A stretch of DNA of 64,000 nucleotides from Raillietiella orientalis. Lineage: Eukaryota. The notes under the pieces were generated by a model. It ran no database searches. It had not been told where the DNA came from and saw only the letters and a program-made list of their open reading frames with translations. Of the stretch, positions 1 through 11,570 are shown one piece after another (position 1 is the first letter of the stretch; each line of letters opens with the position of its first letter). The DNA lies in assembly GCA_036172245.1 (NCBI GenBank), contig JAYWIR010000029.1:1612001-1676000 (forward strand), read 5' to 3'. The translations under genes were made by a program, and so were the position numbers.

Positions 1-149
1 GACTTTTCTTCTTCTTCTCCGGCTTCAGCAGGAGGCTGCACAGCAACTGCTCCTCTGCGGGAAGGCATCCGGTATGTGACGGCACAAAAATCCTGTCCCG
101 AAAGAGTCGCAAAGCAAGGGGATTCTCTCCGCTAGCGCCACCTGCCGCT

Positions 150-1700
150 GCTAACCTCTCAAGAGCACCGGAAGCATTTCGCATGGAAATCTCCGCAAGC
201 AATGAGACGAGTTTTTTTATGGTACCACGAGTGGGGGACCACGCAGCGATCAGACTATTGTTCGACTGTGATGTGGCCTCCTCATTGCCAGCCGGTCTTG
301 GTACCTGCTTTTGTGAATCAGCATCCTCAGCTTCTGGAGCCTATAAATAAGGAAATCACATAAGACCGTTACGATAGTGTTTTTTTTTTGACTGTTCAAG
401 GAAAATTCCTTCAGTAGGTTCCTGTCGATGAAAAATGCACAGGGGTGACGAAGAATAGGCATCTCTTGGAGGAGCGGAAGCTTTCCGCACGAATGGTGCA
501 ACTCGAAAGGTGAACGTCTGGAAAGTCCTTCCGGGTTAACGGAAGAACTTTTTGCCCCTTCCCAACCTGCAAGACCATCCGAACGACTCTGCATCAGCTC
601 CGGAGTTGCGACTGCGAGAGGGAGTCTCAGCTGCTCCTGAGGGAGCCGTGGTCATGCGAGGCAGTGCTCTCACCAGTTTTCAAAAGTGGCACTGAGGTCG
701 CGCAACAGCCATCCTAACTTGCATTCCATGAGTAACCATAGGTTCGGTGCGCTTGGAGTAGTAAACAGAAAGTTGCGTATCTGGTGGTAGATTTGCGAGC
801 TTTTTCATCTCCGCAGGATCCCCCCGCTTGGGTGCTGATCTTCTGTCATGCTACGGGAGGAGGAGGAGGGGGGAGGAACAAAAAACAAAAAAACATAAAG
901 CGACTGCCCAACATATTCGATGTTCACAATAGGTACGTGTTGTGTACATCATGGGGGTACAAGTAAGTGCTGAAACGTACGGTATTTTCTGTGCATGCGA
1001 TCGGTTAAATGCGCGCATCATCCAGGCAAAAAAAAAAAGATGAAAACGGAGTCAGCAGGCTCCCGGCAACTGCCATCCGAGTGGAAGACTCTCTCAAGCT
1101 TCCCCCCCTCTTGTGATTTGAGGCTGAGCCAGCAGAGGGTGTGTGAAAAAAAGTCAGGAAAGGATCCCTTCATTTCTCGCTTGTTCTCGCCTCAAGTCTG
1201 ACCTCCGGGCTTGGGAAAAGAAGATGAGGCGTGGACCCCTTCTCCGGTCGCTCGGGATCTCAAGGGCGGCACGTGAGTTGGGATCCTAAGGGAGCCTGTT
1301 CCGGAACAGAATCTCTCTCCATGGGCAAGAGGACCATGAGAGGACCTTCAAGATTCTGATGCTCTCCACTGCAAATGAATTAAGTGCTCTGCTCTCTCGT
1401 TCGAAAGTTCATGGTTCAAAGAAGCTCTGAAAGAAGGATGGTTCAACGGGAAGGCTGTGCTCTTCCAGTCAATTTACTTTAATTATTAATCTCCTTTCCA
1501 GCCCGGTCCTCTTAATTAGGCTATCCAAAAAGAGAAAGCCCATCTTTATTCGAATAAGGAAAATGGGTCTCACCCACAAAAAGTGCCTTCTGATTCGTGA
1601 GAGAATTCGATGAAAAGACTGATGAAGATGAAGATGGACTTCGAGAAAGACAGCGAATGAGCTGGATGCTGGGCGGTCTCCTTCACACATCAACAGATCG
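150..1700 (-). mobile_element. DIRS-like retrotransposon remnant (RT fragment and tyrosine recombinase C-terminus)
   Basis: RT-like HRILSRIRRHFLW..GFLFLDSLI (1480-1650); YR-like RMLIHKSRY..RPHHSRT (HxxR) at 255-340. Confidence 0.4.
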
Positions 1701-2069
1701 AATAATCACGGAGAACCGGACATTCAAGCCCAAGGTGATGAGTCAGACTCCAGACAGCAGCGGAGGGTTGTTTTTACAGCTCTGTCAGGTAGTGTGCAGC
1801 AGTAGTTCTCTGCGCTGCCGCCACGCGGAGCTGCGATGGGTCTGAACGCTCAGGAGCGCCAAATGAACTTAAAAAAAAAACGGGAAGTCTTCCACTGGAG
1901 TCGTTATCGGCTCTGAGCCCATAGCAAAGCCAAAACCGCAGCAGCGCACCCCCTTTCAAAGGGCAAGATTCGCAGTGGACCCGAGAAACTTCTCGGCGTG
2001 CGCTTTTCGCATTGGCGTTCCGTGTGCTTCCTGACTCGGGAGATGCTCTGCTAGCGTCTTCCGTAGCGA

Positions 2070-2520
2070 AACGGCTGGAACATCCAGGAATGGGGAAGTT
2101 TCAGAGTGATCCTTGTACCATTTCGTCACCGAGGACCAGAAAAATATCGGAAACGGCACGGACACTGCAATCACCGTGGTCTGCCAGAGCACCGTACCTG
2201 CACCTGCAGCACAAGGCGCGGCATCACTGATCGCAGCTTCCTTGGGGCTCCCTTCTACGTGAAGCGTGCCCTGTCCTGCTTGATGACATTCTAGAGGGGA
2301 AGCAGGTCGCGGTTCGCACTTGATTCCTGCATCGTGGGGCCTCCGAAAGTGCGGCAGAATCTTCGAAGGGGAGGTCCCATCCTCCGCTGATCACGAACAG
2401 CATCGAGTCCTTCCTCTGGAATTCTTGCGGCCTTGCTGATCCCATTTGGGGTTCGCACGCTGATGCCCCTGCCATGCACTCGAACGCCTCGGGGCAAAGG
2501 TCCAACTGACTCGGAGAACT
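2070..2520 (+). mobile_element. DIRS-like RNase H remnant
   Basis: FQSDP..LQSPWSARAPYLHL..RALSCL..LEGKQVAVRT-DS resembles the DIRS RH pattern TDAS..G.WS..E..LHIN..L.G..V.V.tDN. Confidence 0.45.
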
Positions 2521-3315
2521 TTCGCGCGCCGCTCGGGAGCTGGAGATCCGCGAGATGAGGCTCAGCGCTCGTCGGATTTCTCCCGGATAACTCCAGTCGT
2601 GTTCCTATGTGCCGGAAAGATCTCTTCCTAGGATCCGGGATCTGGGATCTGGCTCCTCCATCGCTCGCGATCTCGCAAGCGAGTTTGTTCCACCTCGGGT
2701 CAGGGACGAAGAAGTTTCCGCCTGCGGTTCTCAACGGAAGAGCTTGCTCGGCCGGAAATTGCTCTGAGGCCATGAGATTGGGAGGGAGTCGAGACGAGTG
2801 ACAAGGGAGAAAAAGCTGCCGATGGGTTCCGGAGCTGCGGGAGCACGGACACTCGTCTCGCTGTCGAAAGGTAATTCGGGAGGAGCTTCCGAGAGTGGTT
2901 CGGAGAAAGAGTAGGAGTGACGGCATGAGACGCATGAGGTGGTGGAGCTGCTGTACCAGCGGGCCAGGCAGACACTGCTGCCAAGTCGAGCGAAGCCCTA
3001 GTCTGCTGAGGCTTGGCACCCACACCGAAAGAGAGCATAGTAAGGTGAAGGGAGAGACTTGAAAGGAAAGAGACCAGGAAAGAGGTCTCCTTCCTTTTCC
3101 CCCTTTTCGGGTCGCCGAAAAGGAGGAAAAGGAAGGGATTGTGGATGTGACGGTAACGGCGATGACAGTGACGTCGAGTGGAGAAGGAGAGAGAGCTCCG
3201 AGAGGTTGATGGGAGCCATCTAAGCGCTGCCGCTCACTGGGAGGCTGAGCATTCCGTCTGGCGCTGCAGCGCGGCGCGCCTCCCGCAATGCACCCGACCG
3301 CATTCCGAGGTCAGA

Positions 3316-3975
3316 GTTTTCTCTTTTCTTTTTGGTTCGATGAGTACTCAGGAACTGTCCTCCTGGAGGCTTACGAAGCTCTTTGGCATCGTCAACGCCA
3401 CCCAGGGGTGCGTACAATTCTTCTTCAAGTTATAGAGGGCACCCCGGGAGGGGACCATCCTATGGATCCAGGAAGGGCTCCTAAGGGAGGAGTTCGTTCC
3501 TGTCTCACGCTTGGGAGGTAACCCCGAAGGGGACCTCTTCCCTGTTCTCTCCGGAGGGAACTCGTAAGGGAACCGCTCCTTGTTACTCCTCTGAAGAGAA
3601 CTCTGAAAGGAGCAGAGCGCTTCTCAACACTCTGGAGAGGCAACCCATTAGGGGAGTATGGACCAGATCCATGGTACGAGATGGGGATTCCCCCTAGGGA
3701 GTGGTAGTGACGGATCCATTTGCACAACCGGAGTGGAATCTCGAAGGATTCCTCGATTCCTGGAAGGGACCTCGGAGGGTCCACTTCCAATCTAGGCCAG
3801 TCAATAGGGACATCCACCAGTGCCGCACCCGTCGACTACAGGTCAACCAGCATCATCTTGCGGGGGGAACCTAAAACCCACCACGCACCCATTTCTCGGA
3901 GTCTCCCCATCCCTAGTCAGGATTCGAACCCGTGACGCTCGGTACCATGTTCTGCGCGGGGACTGCAGCCATGCG
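3316..3975 (-). mobile_element. tRNA-headed SINE-like repeat, copy A
   Basis: Reverse complement reads GGGTTCGAATCC (B box)...GGAGACTCCGAGAAATGGGTGCG...GATTGGAAGTGGACCC...CCCTTCCAGGAATCGAG...TTCCTGGATCCATAGG...GGGTGGCG; collinear with the four other copies. Confidence 0.8.
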
Positions 3976-4929
3976 GCCGCCAGCGAGGTCAGGGTGAGGG
4001 AAGCGGAGATCCACCGAGAAGGCCTCCCACGTTCCTCCTATCTACCGGCCCGTGCCGGCACGTCCGGAAACGCGCTTCCCCAGCACTGTCGAGTGAAGAC
4101 GTTTGATTCCGTATTGTTTTCCTCAGGGAACGTCGATCCTGTCGTGCTCTCGTGCTCCGTGGCGCTCTTCCTGGGTTTCCTGATCTTACTCACGTGCTTG
4201 ATCCACTACAGCATCAAAAGAAAGGAGAAAAGCATCCTGCTCGAGCCGGTAACTCGCTGATCGGTGCTGATGAGCGTCGTGAGCCCTTTCTCTTCTCCAG
4301 ACCGAAGAAAACCGCTTCCTCAGGAAGATGCAGAAATACCTCGTGTTTAGCGCGCATACGGACAGGCAAGAGGGAGCGGTAAGACCGCGGGATCAGACCC
4401 TCGGGGCGAACCCACGAGGTTTGCAGGTCGGGGAGTTCCGGGGAGGAAACCAACCCGCGGGCAGGGAAGCCTCTTCTCTCGCCTCCTTCCAAGGGAACAC
4501 GTCCTGCACTCGGGTCATGAGGACTGAACAGGTTCTCCCGCAGAGTCCGGGAGCGTTCTCCGTTAATCGCGCTGCTCCGGTTCCCTTTTTTTTTCCAGAT
4601 ACCGAGGACAGCGGCTCTTCCCGACCTGCCAGGTTCTGTCCCTCCCTGAGGGGCGGTACCCGGAACGCCCTTTCTCTGGAATAATAAAGATGAGCAGCTT
4701 GCTTTCCGGATTCCGGTGTTGGATTTGCTCTCCCCACATTCTCCCCTGGGGGAGAGTTCCCGAAAGGAAAACAGGGGCGACCGAGGATTGATCGCGAGCT
4801 CCCTCTCCTCGTCTTTGGGGAAACCGCGAGGAAAGTTGCGCCCGGTCTCCGCGCAGCGAGAATGGAGCATCCGTTGAAAGTCGCATGTTTGAGAGGGACA
4901 GCCAGCGTTCCGCTTGGAAGAAGCTCGCA

Positions 4930-5300
4930 GCTCTCAGGAGACCATGGCAACTCCTTCTCCTCGTGCAAGCGGTGCCGTCGGTCGCATTCTGCCGGGACGA
5001 AGGATGAGTCTCATCATGTCTCGGAGAAGCAGGGTGCGAAGGAATGCGCGTATCCAGTGGGTGGGTGTTTTGCCTGTCCTCCGAACGGGTCTCGCAGCGG
5101 AAGCTGGATGACGAAGGTCATCAGCGCCTCCATCACCAGTGCCTCCGATCGAGTCCAATCAAAGTGACAAGTGAGAGGAAGGCCGTCAGCGGCAGGAGGA
5201 GGGAAGCCGAACTAAGCCAAACCAAACAGGGAAGAATGACCTCGAGGGAGCATCGCAAACCTTTCGGGAACCGGCTGATTGCTTGAAGACAGGGGCGAAG
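4930..5300 (-). mobile_element. DIRS-like RNase H remnant
   Basis: LILRPGRMRPTAPLARG resembles HIPG..N..AD.LSR. Confidence 0.3.
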
Positions 5301-6199
5301 GATGAAAACGGGAGCAGGATCGCGGGTCACCCCTCGCGATCCTTCGTCTTTTGCGAACGACTGCTGGTTCTCGTCGCAAACTTTCGAGCTTGCAGCTTCG
5401 CCTTTGCCGCACGACTTTCGGGCTCTCGGCCTCGCATCCCAAGTCTTGCGACGGGAAAACTTCAAGGTAAAGGAAGAGGAGAAAAATGGACCCGCAAGTG
5501 AGAACACCTACACACCCTCGTTTTATGAGTGCCGTCGTGGCAACAGTAGCGCTTTTATGTGCATTCTGATGTGTCAAAGCAGAGGAGGGAGGGGCAGGGG
5601 AGCATGAAGAATTGTAGAAGGGTTCTGCCAGTTGCGCTGCAACGTGGAGTACGGCGCTCAAAGTCTGGTGTTGGGAAGAGCGGCGCTTTATCGTCGTCGC
5701 CATCGACGAAGCTATGGTCTAGGTGGAAACATCCGGAAAGGGAGCAGCATTGCCGTGCCTGAGCGGAGGAAGATCAGCGTTCCAAGGAAGGAAGGTGCAG
5801 CGGAGAAAGAGGATCGTTCGAGGAATGGGCGATCATTCGAGGAATCTTATCACGGGGATTTCTACTTCCAGCACAAGGGGACGCTTGGGCGCAGTGAAGA
5901 GACGGGCGTCTAAGGAAACGGAAAGCTCACGCGACGCAGCATCGGCGGACGCGACGCAAAGCAGCGTACAGCAGAAGAGGAGTCTGGAAACGCCATCAGG
6001 CACGGTTTCCCTTGGAAATGGATTGCATTCCATGAGCATCACGGACATTCGGGGACGAACCCAAGATGGGCGTCAGACGAGTGTCTTCCATTCACGGGAG
6101 TCGGCTTCGCAGAAGGATTCCTCCGTATCGCAGCGAGCCCGCAGGAATTCCTGGTTTCCCAGCGAGCCTGCGCGGCTGCAACAAGGAAGAGGGCTTAGG

Positions 6200-9134
6200 A
6201 TCGTGGTGGTGACTTTTGGCAGCCGCGAATGCCAGCAACGAGTCGCTGTTAACGCTGCAGACCTCGATGAGTGCATTTGGAAATTTTCACAATTTGTCGA
6301 CATCCTCCAGAAATTTACGAGCGAGGGGGAACATCTGCAATCCCTGCTCCTTGTGAGCTTTGGGAAATTTTACTGTACCTGTCGCAGATTCCAATTTGTC
6401 CGCCAGCATATTCTCGGTAATCTCAGCCTTTTCCAAGAGTCATGAAGAATACACTATGAAAGAAAGACCCCATAATTGTTTTCTTGAAAAAACGGGAACA
6501 AGGTTTTGAAGCTTCGCCCAATCATGTGAAGGGCTTCGGAGTTGCCTCACCTCATTCCTTCTTATCTGTTGCCATAGATTTTTGCTGCTCTCTTTTGAAT
6601 CAGATGGTGGTCACATATGGGATTGTATTTCTTCTAAACCAGAACGGCTAAGGTGTCCAGTCATTAGTCCAGCATGAGTCCCTCTTTTTGTTTCCCCTGA
6701 GGTCTCATTTCTTCTCTGTATTTTTGTACACTCATTTGACGCAAAGATCTTCCAGAAGTTTCCACTCCATTGTCTTTCCAGAGATTCCCAGTTGTTCCTG
6801 GAGGGACATGTCTTCCATGAATGGCAGCGTATCACCTTCGAAGGTTAGAACTTCTTTGAGCTTTACTTTTTTTGAATGGAAAAAGGACATCTAATGTTCA
6901 TCTAATGTTCAATGATGATTATCCTGTTGTTTATGGTGCCCGACGCTCCCTCCGTTGAGATCATCTTCGGCGAATACAACCGCTTTGCATGCATATGGTT
7001 AAAACAGCCTTACAGTCTTCTTTATACAGAAGTCTTGTTGATGGAACGCTATCACTTGATCCTTTTCATGAAAAACCTCTATTCAATAAGTCTTTTGCTT
7101 GGCTCCCAAGCAGAAGATGGATCACCATGCCAGTTTTTCGAAAAGCTTGCTTATCTATCATATGTCCACTGTATCATACCTCTAGAGGCATGACCGTGGT
7201 GACAAGCCATAACCTTCAATTGATTTGAGTAAGAATGCATACTCTGTGTCATAAGTATGACTAATATATATTCGACTTTAGCAAAGATTGAGGCCGTCGG
7301 AATGGACAGGATGCTCTGCAGCACAAACATTTTGCACTCATTATTTGTTGTATGGAGGCACGAAAGACGCGGAGTTCTATATAAGTTCTTTACCGAGATA
7401 AACAAATAAAAAAACATCATGGTTAGAAACTGCTCCTTGTGACCGAGATTCTCTTCTCCATCTGGTCCGCAAACCACGGTTAGACGTTGTTTGGAATAGC
7501 ACCGCAACGTCCGGAGAGTTTCTGGTTGCGAACCAACAGGGTTTCCAGCTTCTATTTTTTTGTATTGCCGCCCTTAGAGACAAACATATCATCTTATTTG
7601 TTTCTAACAAATGAGGATACATGCATTTCCTTTACTGAATTGCAAATCAACGCAACCACCGCCTTCAAATAGGGATACATCATGACTTGAAGTTTATTCG
7701 AAGAATAAGTACACTCCTAGGTCATGCGAAACAGAATGATTTGCAGCATCTCTGTTTCCTTCTTCAGCATCCATTGCAATCGCTTTTTTGCCATGCACGT
7801 TGTGCTACATTTCTTTCAACCCTCAGATTATGAAAGACCATACCATTTGTGCTTTTGGAAACTGCTACTGTTGGAAGCAACGAGTCTGTGTCGAATGTAC
7901 AGATCTCGCTTTTCCTGGAATGACGACTCAGCCTCAGTTAATTTTGGTTGGTAAACAAACACCAAAAAGCCTTTTCTCGTTTCGCCTAGTTTTTTGTCTC
8001 ACACATCGGTGGAGCATTTAGTTTAATCTCATATCGTCACAGTCGCTCTTGCTGTTGTTGAGGGTTATAGGTTAAGGTCCTTGTAGTTATTCACAGAAAA
8101 TCATTGCGTCCATCTTTAAGGATATCGCAGTTTTCTCATACCCAGTTTCGCCCGTAATCTTCTGAGTTTTCACTACCAAACGCGTTATTATTTGTGCTCT
8201 CCAACCATGTCATTACAGTCAGATCAATCGCATCGACAACGCATCCCATGATTAAGTAATTAGTTTTGAATGTGGAAAGATCCCCGCTGGGTTCAGATGT
8301 GCTCCTACCTCTGCTTGGCAGCTTAACAGACAGCACAGCAACGCGGCGCTGTAGAGCAGTAAGAATCTACACGGATTATCCCCAGCAGGGCTGGAATAAG
8401 GGGTACAGATAGATCTGATGTTTGAGAGGCGACTTCTCTTGTGAGAAGACTGATGATAAAGTGCACCAATAAAACGAATAGACCTTCACACTTTGAAACA
8501 AGAAATGATCTGACACTCTAGCTCTTTGCTAGGAATTCTTTTCTTCTCTTCTTTTTACATTCTCACCTCCCCTAAGAAAAGAGTGCAGAATTCTACAGGA
8601 ATCCAACTGGTTAGAAGGTTGCTTTCACTCAAGTCCAGACTCCTGTGATGCCGGCAAGGCTCTGAGCAAACCAGCATCCGGCCTCCTGATGATTCATCTG
8701 CAAAATGTGATCAGATAATTAGCGGCACGATGGCTCGCTCTCCTGAATTATCCATTGTAACGCAATGCTTTCTATGCTGACCAGTAGGATTGTCCTCACA
8801 ATAAACGGAAAGACAAATGAAATCACTTACGCTCCTCTATTTAGCCAGCGTGCGTGCTACCCGTAAATCACGATACCAGTGACACAACCGAAATATGAGC
8901 CAAAATGCACTGCCGCTTTTCGATTCCTGCCAATCCTTTCCCAACTCATTCCGTTTTCGAATAAACGTGCCGCGAAGCTCGAACGCGACTCCTACTCCCT
9001 GTTACCACGGTGACGGTTTCCATCACGGGGACCCAAAGTTCGCCTTCCTATGGGATCGGGAGTTGCCATGCTTTCCTGAGCCATTGGGCTAGCGAGCTAA
9101 TGGGAACCCTGCATTTTATAAATGCATAACCACA
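6200..9134 (-). mobile_element. Decayed Ty3/Gypsy LTR retrotransposon (RT-RH-IN remnant)
   Basis: Ordered degenerate motifs WFATRNSP, LRCY....VVCGPDGEEN, KVEYIL..., SAWEPSKRLI, VVFAED..GGSVG..QQ, SFFHSKKV and AHKEQG..LARKF. A tentative PBS TGGTATC at 8878-8872 follows a TG...CA segment at 9134-8880. The region is more AT-rich than its flanks. Confidence 0.45.
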
Positions 9135-9902
9135 GGTCATCTTATCACCCTCATACGACGTTTTGGGAGAATCTCTTCCCGTCCCAGCGAACTAGGGCGG
9201 GGAGCGGATTTGCCTGGACGTGACCCTGGAATGCGTGCGGTGTAGAAGCGGCGGCATTCCCTTCCTTTTCCTTTCCAGAGGGGCTCCTCCCGCGGAAACA
9301 GCTGCTGAGAGGGGAAGGAGAACACAACTTCCTGGTTCGCAGAGGCGGGATGGACGGCCTTCCGGGTTCCTAGGACCGAGGGAGAGGCCCTTCCACACAG
9401 CGAACAGGCGCAGCTTGCGTGTGTGGTCGCCGGCGCTTCCTGGCGAGCTCCCCTGCCTCGCCTCTGGGCCTCCCAAGTCACGGGGCCGGCAGCAGCGCTG
9501 GCATTCCGAAGCCAAGCCCAGACGCATCCTCCAGTAAGTTACCTCGCTCGGAACCCCCGGTGCCGATTACGCGGGAAATCGGTCAAGCGCGAGGGATCGA
9601 TCTGTCACTTGAGCCGTCGCCAGCTCTTTACAAGTCTTCGAGAAAGCCTTTTTATTGGATGCTCTTAGCAAACGCACAAATCTTTCCACATTACCACAGA
9701 CAGTAATGGCTTCCTGACTGAAATAGAACCCGTCGGTGGAATAGCTGCCGTTTCGCGAATTTCTAGAATGAAGTGGAGTGCTTTTCGCTGTACTCGTTCT
9801 ACGAGGTAGCAACATTCTGATGCTATTTTTGCGATACTGAGGTCGGTTCCTGCACACCGCGCGCCGTTTATCCGCGCGAGTCTCCCTGAAAAGCAAGAAA
9901 GA

Positions 9903-10570
9903 GACCATGTTGGCAGCCGTGTGACACCGCGCGTCGCGGGTTCGAATCCCGCCCGGGGAAGGAGGAGACTCCGAGAAATGGGTGCGCCGTGCGTTCGAGT
10001 TCCCCCTGCAGGATGACGCTGGTTGGACTGCTGTAGGCTCCGGGTGCGACACATATGTTGGAAGCCGGATGCCCTCGTTGCCTGGCCGGGATTGGAAGTG
10101 GACCCTTCAGGGTCCCTTCCAGGAATCGAGGAGTCGTTACCTTTCGCCTGTGAAAATGGAGCCGTCCCCACCCACCCCTCGGGGGTGCGGGACCCTCCGC
10201 CTCCGACCATAGAGCCGGTGGATCGATACCTCTCCAGAGTGCGGAGAAGCGCGCTGCTTCCTTCGGGAAACACCCTCCAGGGAAGTTGGGAAGCGTCCCT
10301 TCTGGGGGTTCTCTCGAGAGGAGGAAACATGGAGCCGATCTTTCCCGGGGAGTTCCTCCGGAGAGAACAAGGAAGAGGTTTTCTTCCAGCTGCCCTGACA
10401 AGGGCGTAAGAGGGAAGACTCCTTCCTCCGGTTCCTGGATTCATAGGGCGGTCCCCTCCCGGGGTATGCCCTTACTTGAAGAGTTGACACGCACCCCCGA
10501 GTGGCGTGGACTGATGTTTAAGAGCTTTGTGAGCCGTACCAGGAGGTTCCGGAGGTACTTAACGGACCAC
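9903..10570 (+). mobile_element. tRNA-headed SINE-like repeat, copy B
   Basis: B box GGGTTCGAATCCC at 9938-9950 and a second GTTCGAGTTCC near 9993; shares the family blocks through TTCCTGGATTCATAGGG and AAGAGCTTTGTGAGCC. Confidence 0.85.
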
Positions 10571-11570
10571 CACCCACCCAACCACCCACAAAAAGAACAA
10601 GAACGTTAGCCGGAACTAAAGGTGGCGCCGAGACAGGCAATTCGTGAGTCCAGCAGCTCCAGGGCCTCGGTGCGGTAGCCTCCGGAAGCAGAGGGAATTC
10701 TTTCGGAACCACCTACCGGGAGGAACGCGCGGAGATCCCGTCCCGCGAATCGCTGGACGGAAGAAGGGGTGTCTCGAAGCTGTGAGGGAGTGGCGCGCGC
10801 GACGTCAGGTAACGGGGAACCACGGGAACCACGCCGTACCAAACGCAGGACGCTCTGAGACGGGAGAGATCGCGCCTGCTCGCCGAGCCAGGCAAGGCCT
10901 CTCCGGGGCTCCAGATCGGCAGGCGACAGGAGCGCTCGTCCGCTTCGGGATCGGGGGTGGTTCGTCCCCAGAACAGTTCATGACGGGCGGGGACCGATCA
11001 TCATGAACCTCTCCGCGGGAGGGCGGCAGCAGCAGCAGCAGAGAGAGCGTTCTCGCGTGGATCCGGCGCATGAAGCTCGCCCGTGAATCCACGAGTGGAT
11101 CTCCCGAACGCGGAGGCGTCGCGGATTCGTGCCCGGCTGCTTGGACGAATCCAAGAGTTGATCGGTTTTTAGTGGGCAGAGACGGCTTCTGCGACGTAGC
11201 TCTGGATCAGCCTCGTCGACCAGCAGATGGAGCACGGAAAACCCGCAGAACTCGGTGCGTGTCCCCAGGCGGTCGGAAGGAGGGAGCACGGGGGGGGAGA
11301 GGAGGGGGGGAAGATGGCGACTCTGCTTCCCAGCTTCGGCAGAATCCGACGTATCAGGCGTCGGCAGAGGTGACTCTCGTAGGCCATCTGGTGAGCTCTC
11401 TCCTCTGCTGACCCCTTCCAAGCTTCGGTCCTGCAGCCGAGGAAAGAATCCACCCGAAGATATTTTGAGCGGATTTGCGTTCTGCTTCCAGAGCTCAAAA
11501 GACATTCGCATCAACGACCTTGAAGATACGCAGAGATGGTGCCATTTTTTCTCCCCCCTAAGAAACGCTA

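Noticed and set aside
8110..8165. Walker A-like ITGETGYEKT on the minus strand (NACHT-like gene)
   Set aside because: It lacks GK, is surrounded by stops, and the region is better explained as a Gypsy remnant
9903..9955. tRNA gene (GGTTCGAATCC T-loop), also at 3920, 12345, 19482 and 36623
   Set aside because: No complete cloverleaf or terminator, and each is followed by the same ~600 bp body, so these are SINE heads
10623..10640. PBS-like TGGCGCCGAGACAGG
   Set aside because: No adjacent LTR ending in CA and no recognisable gag downstream
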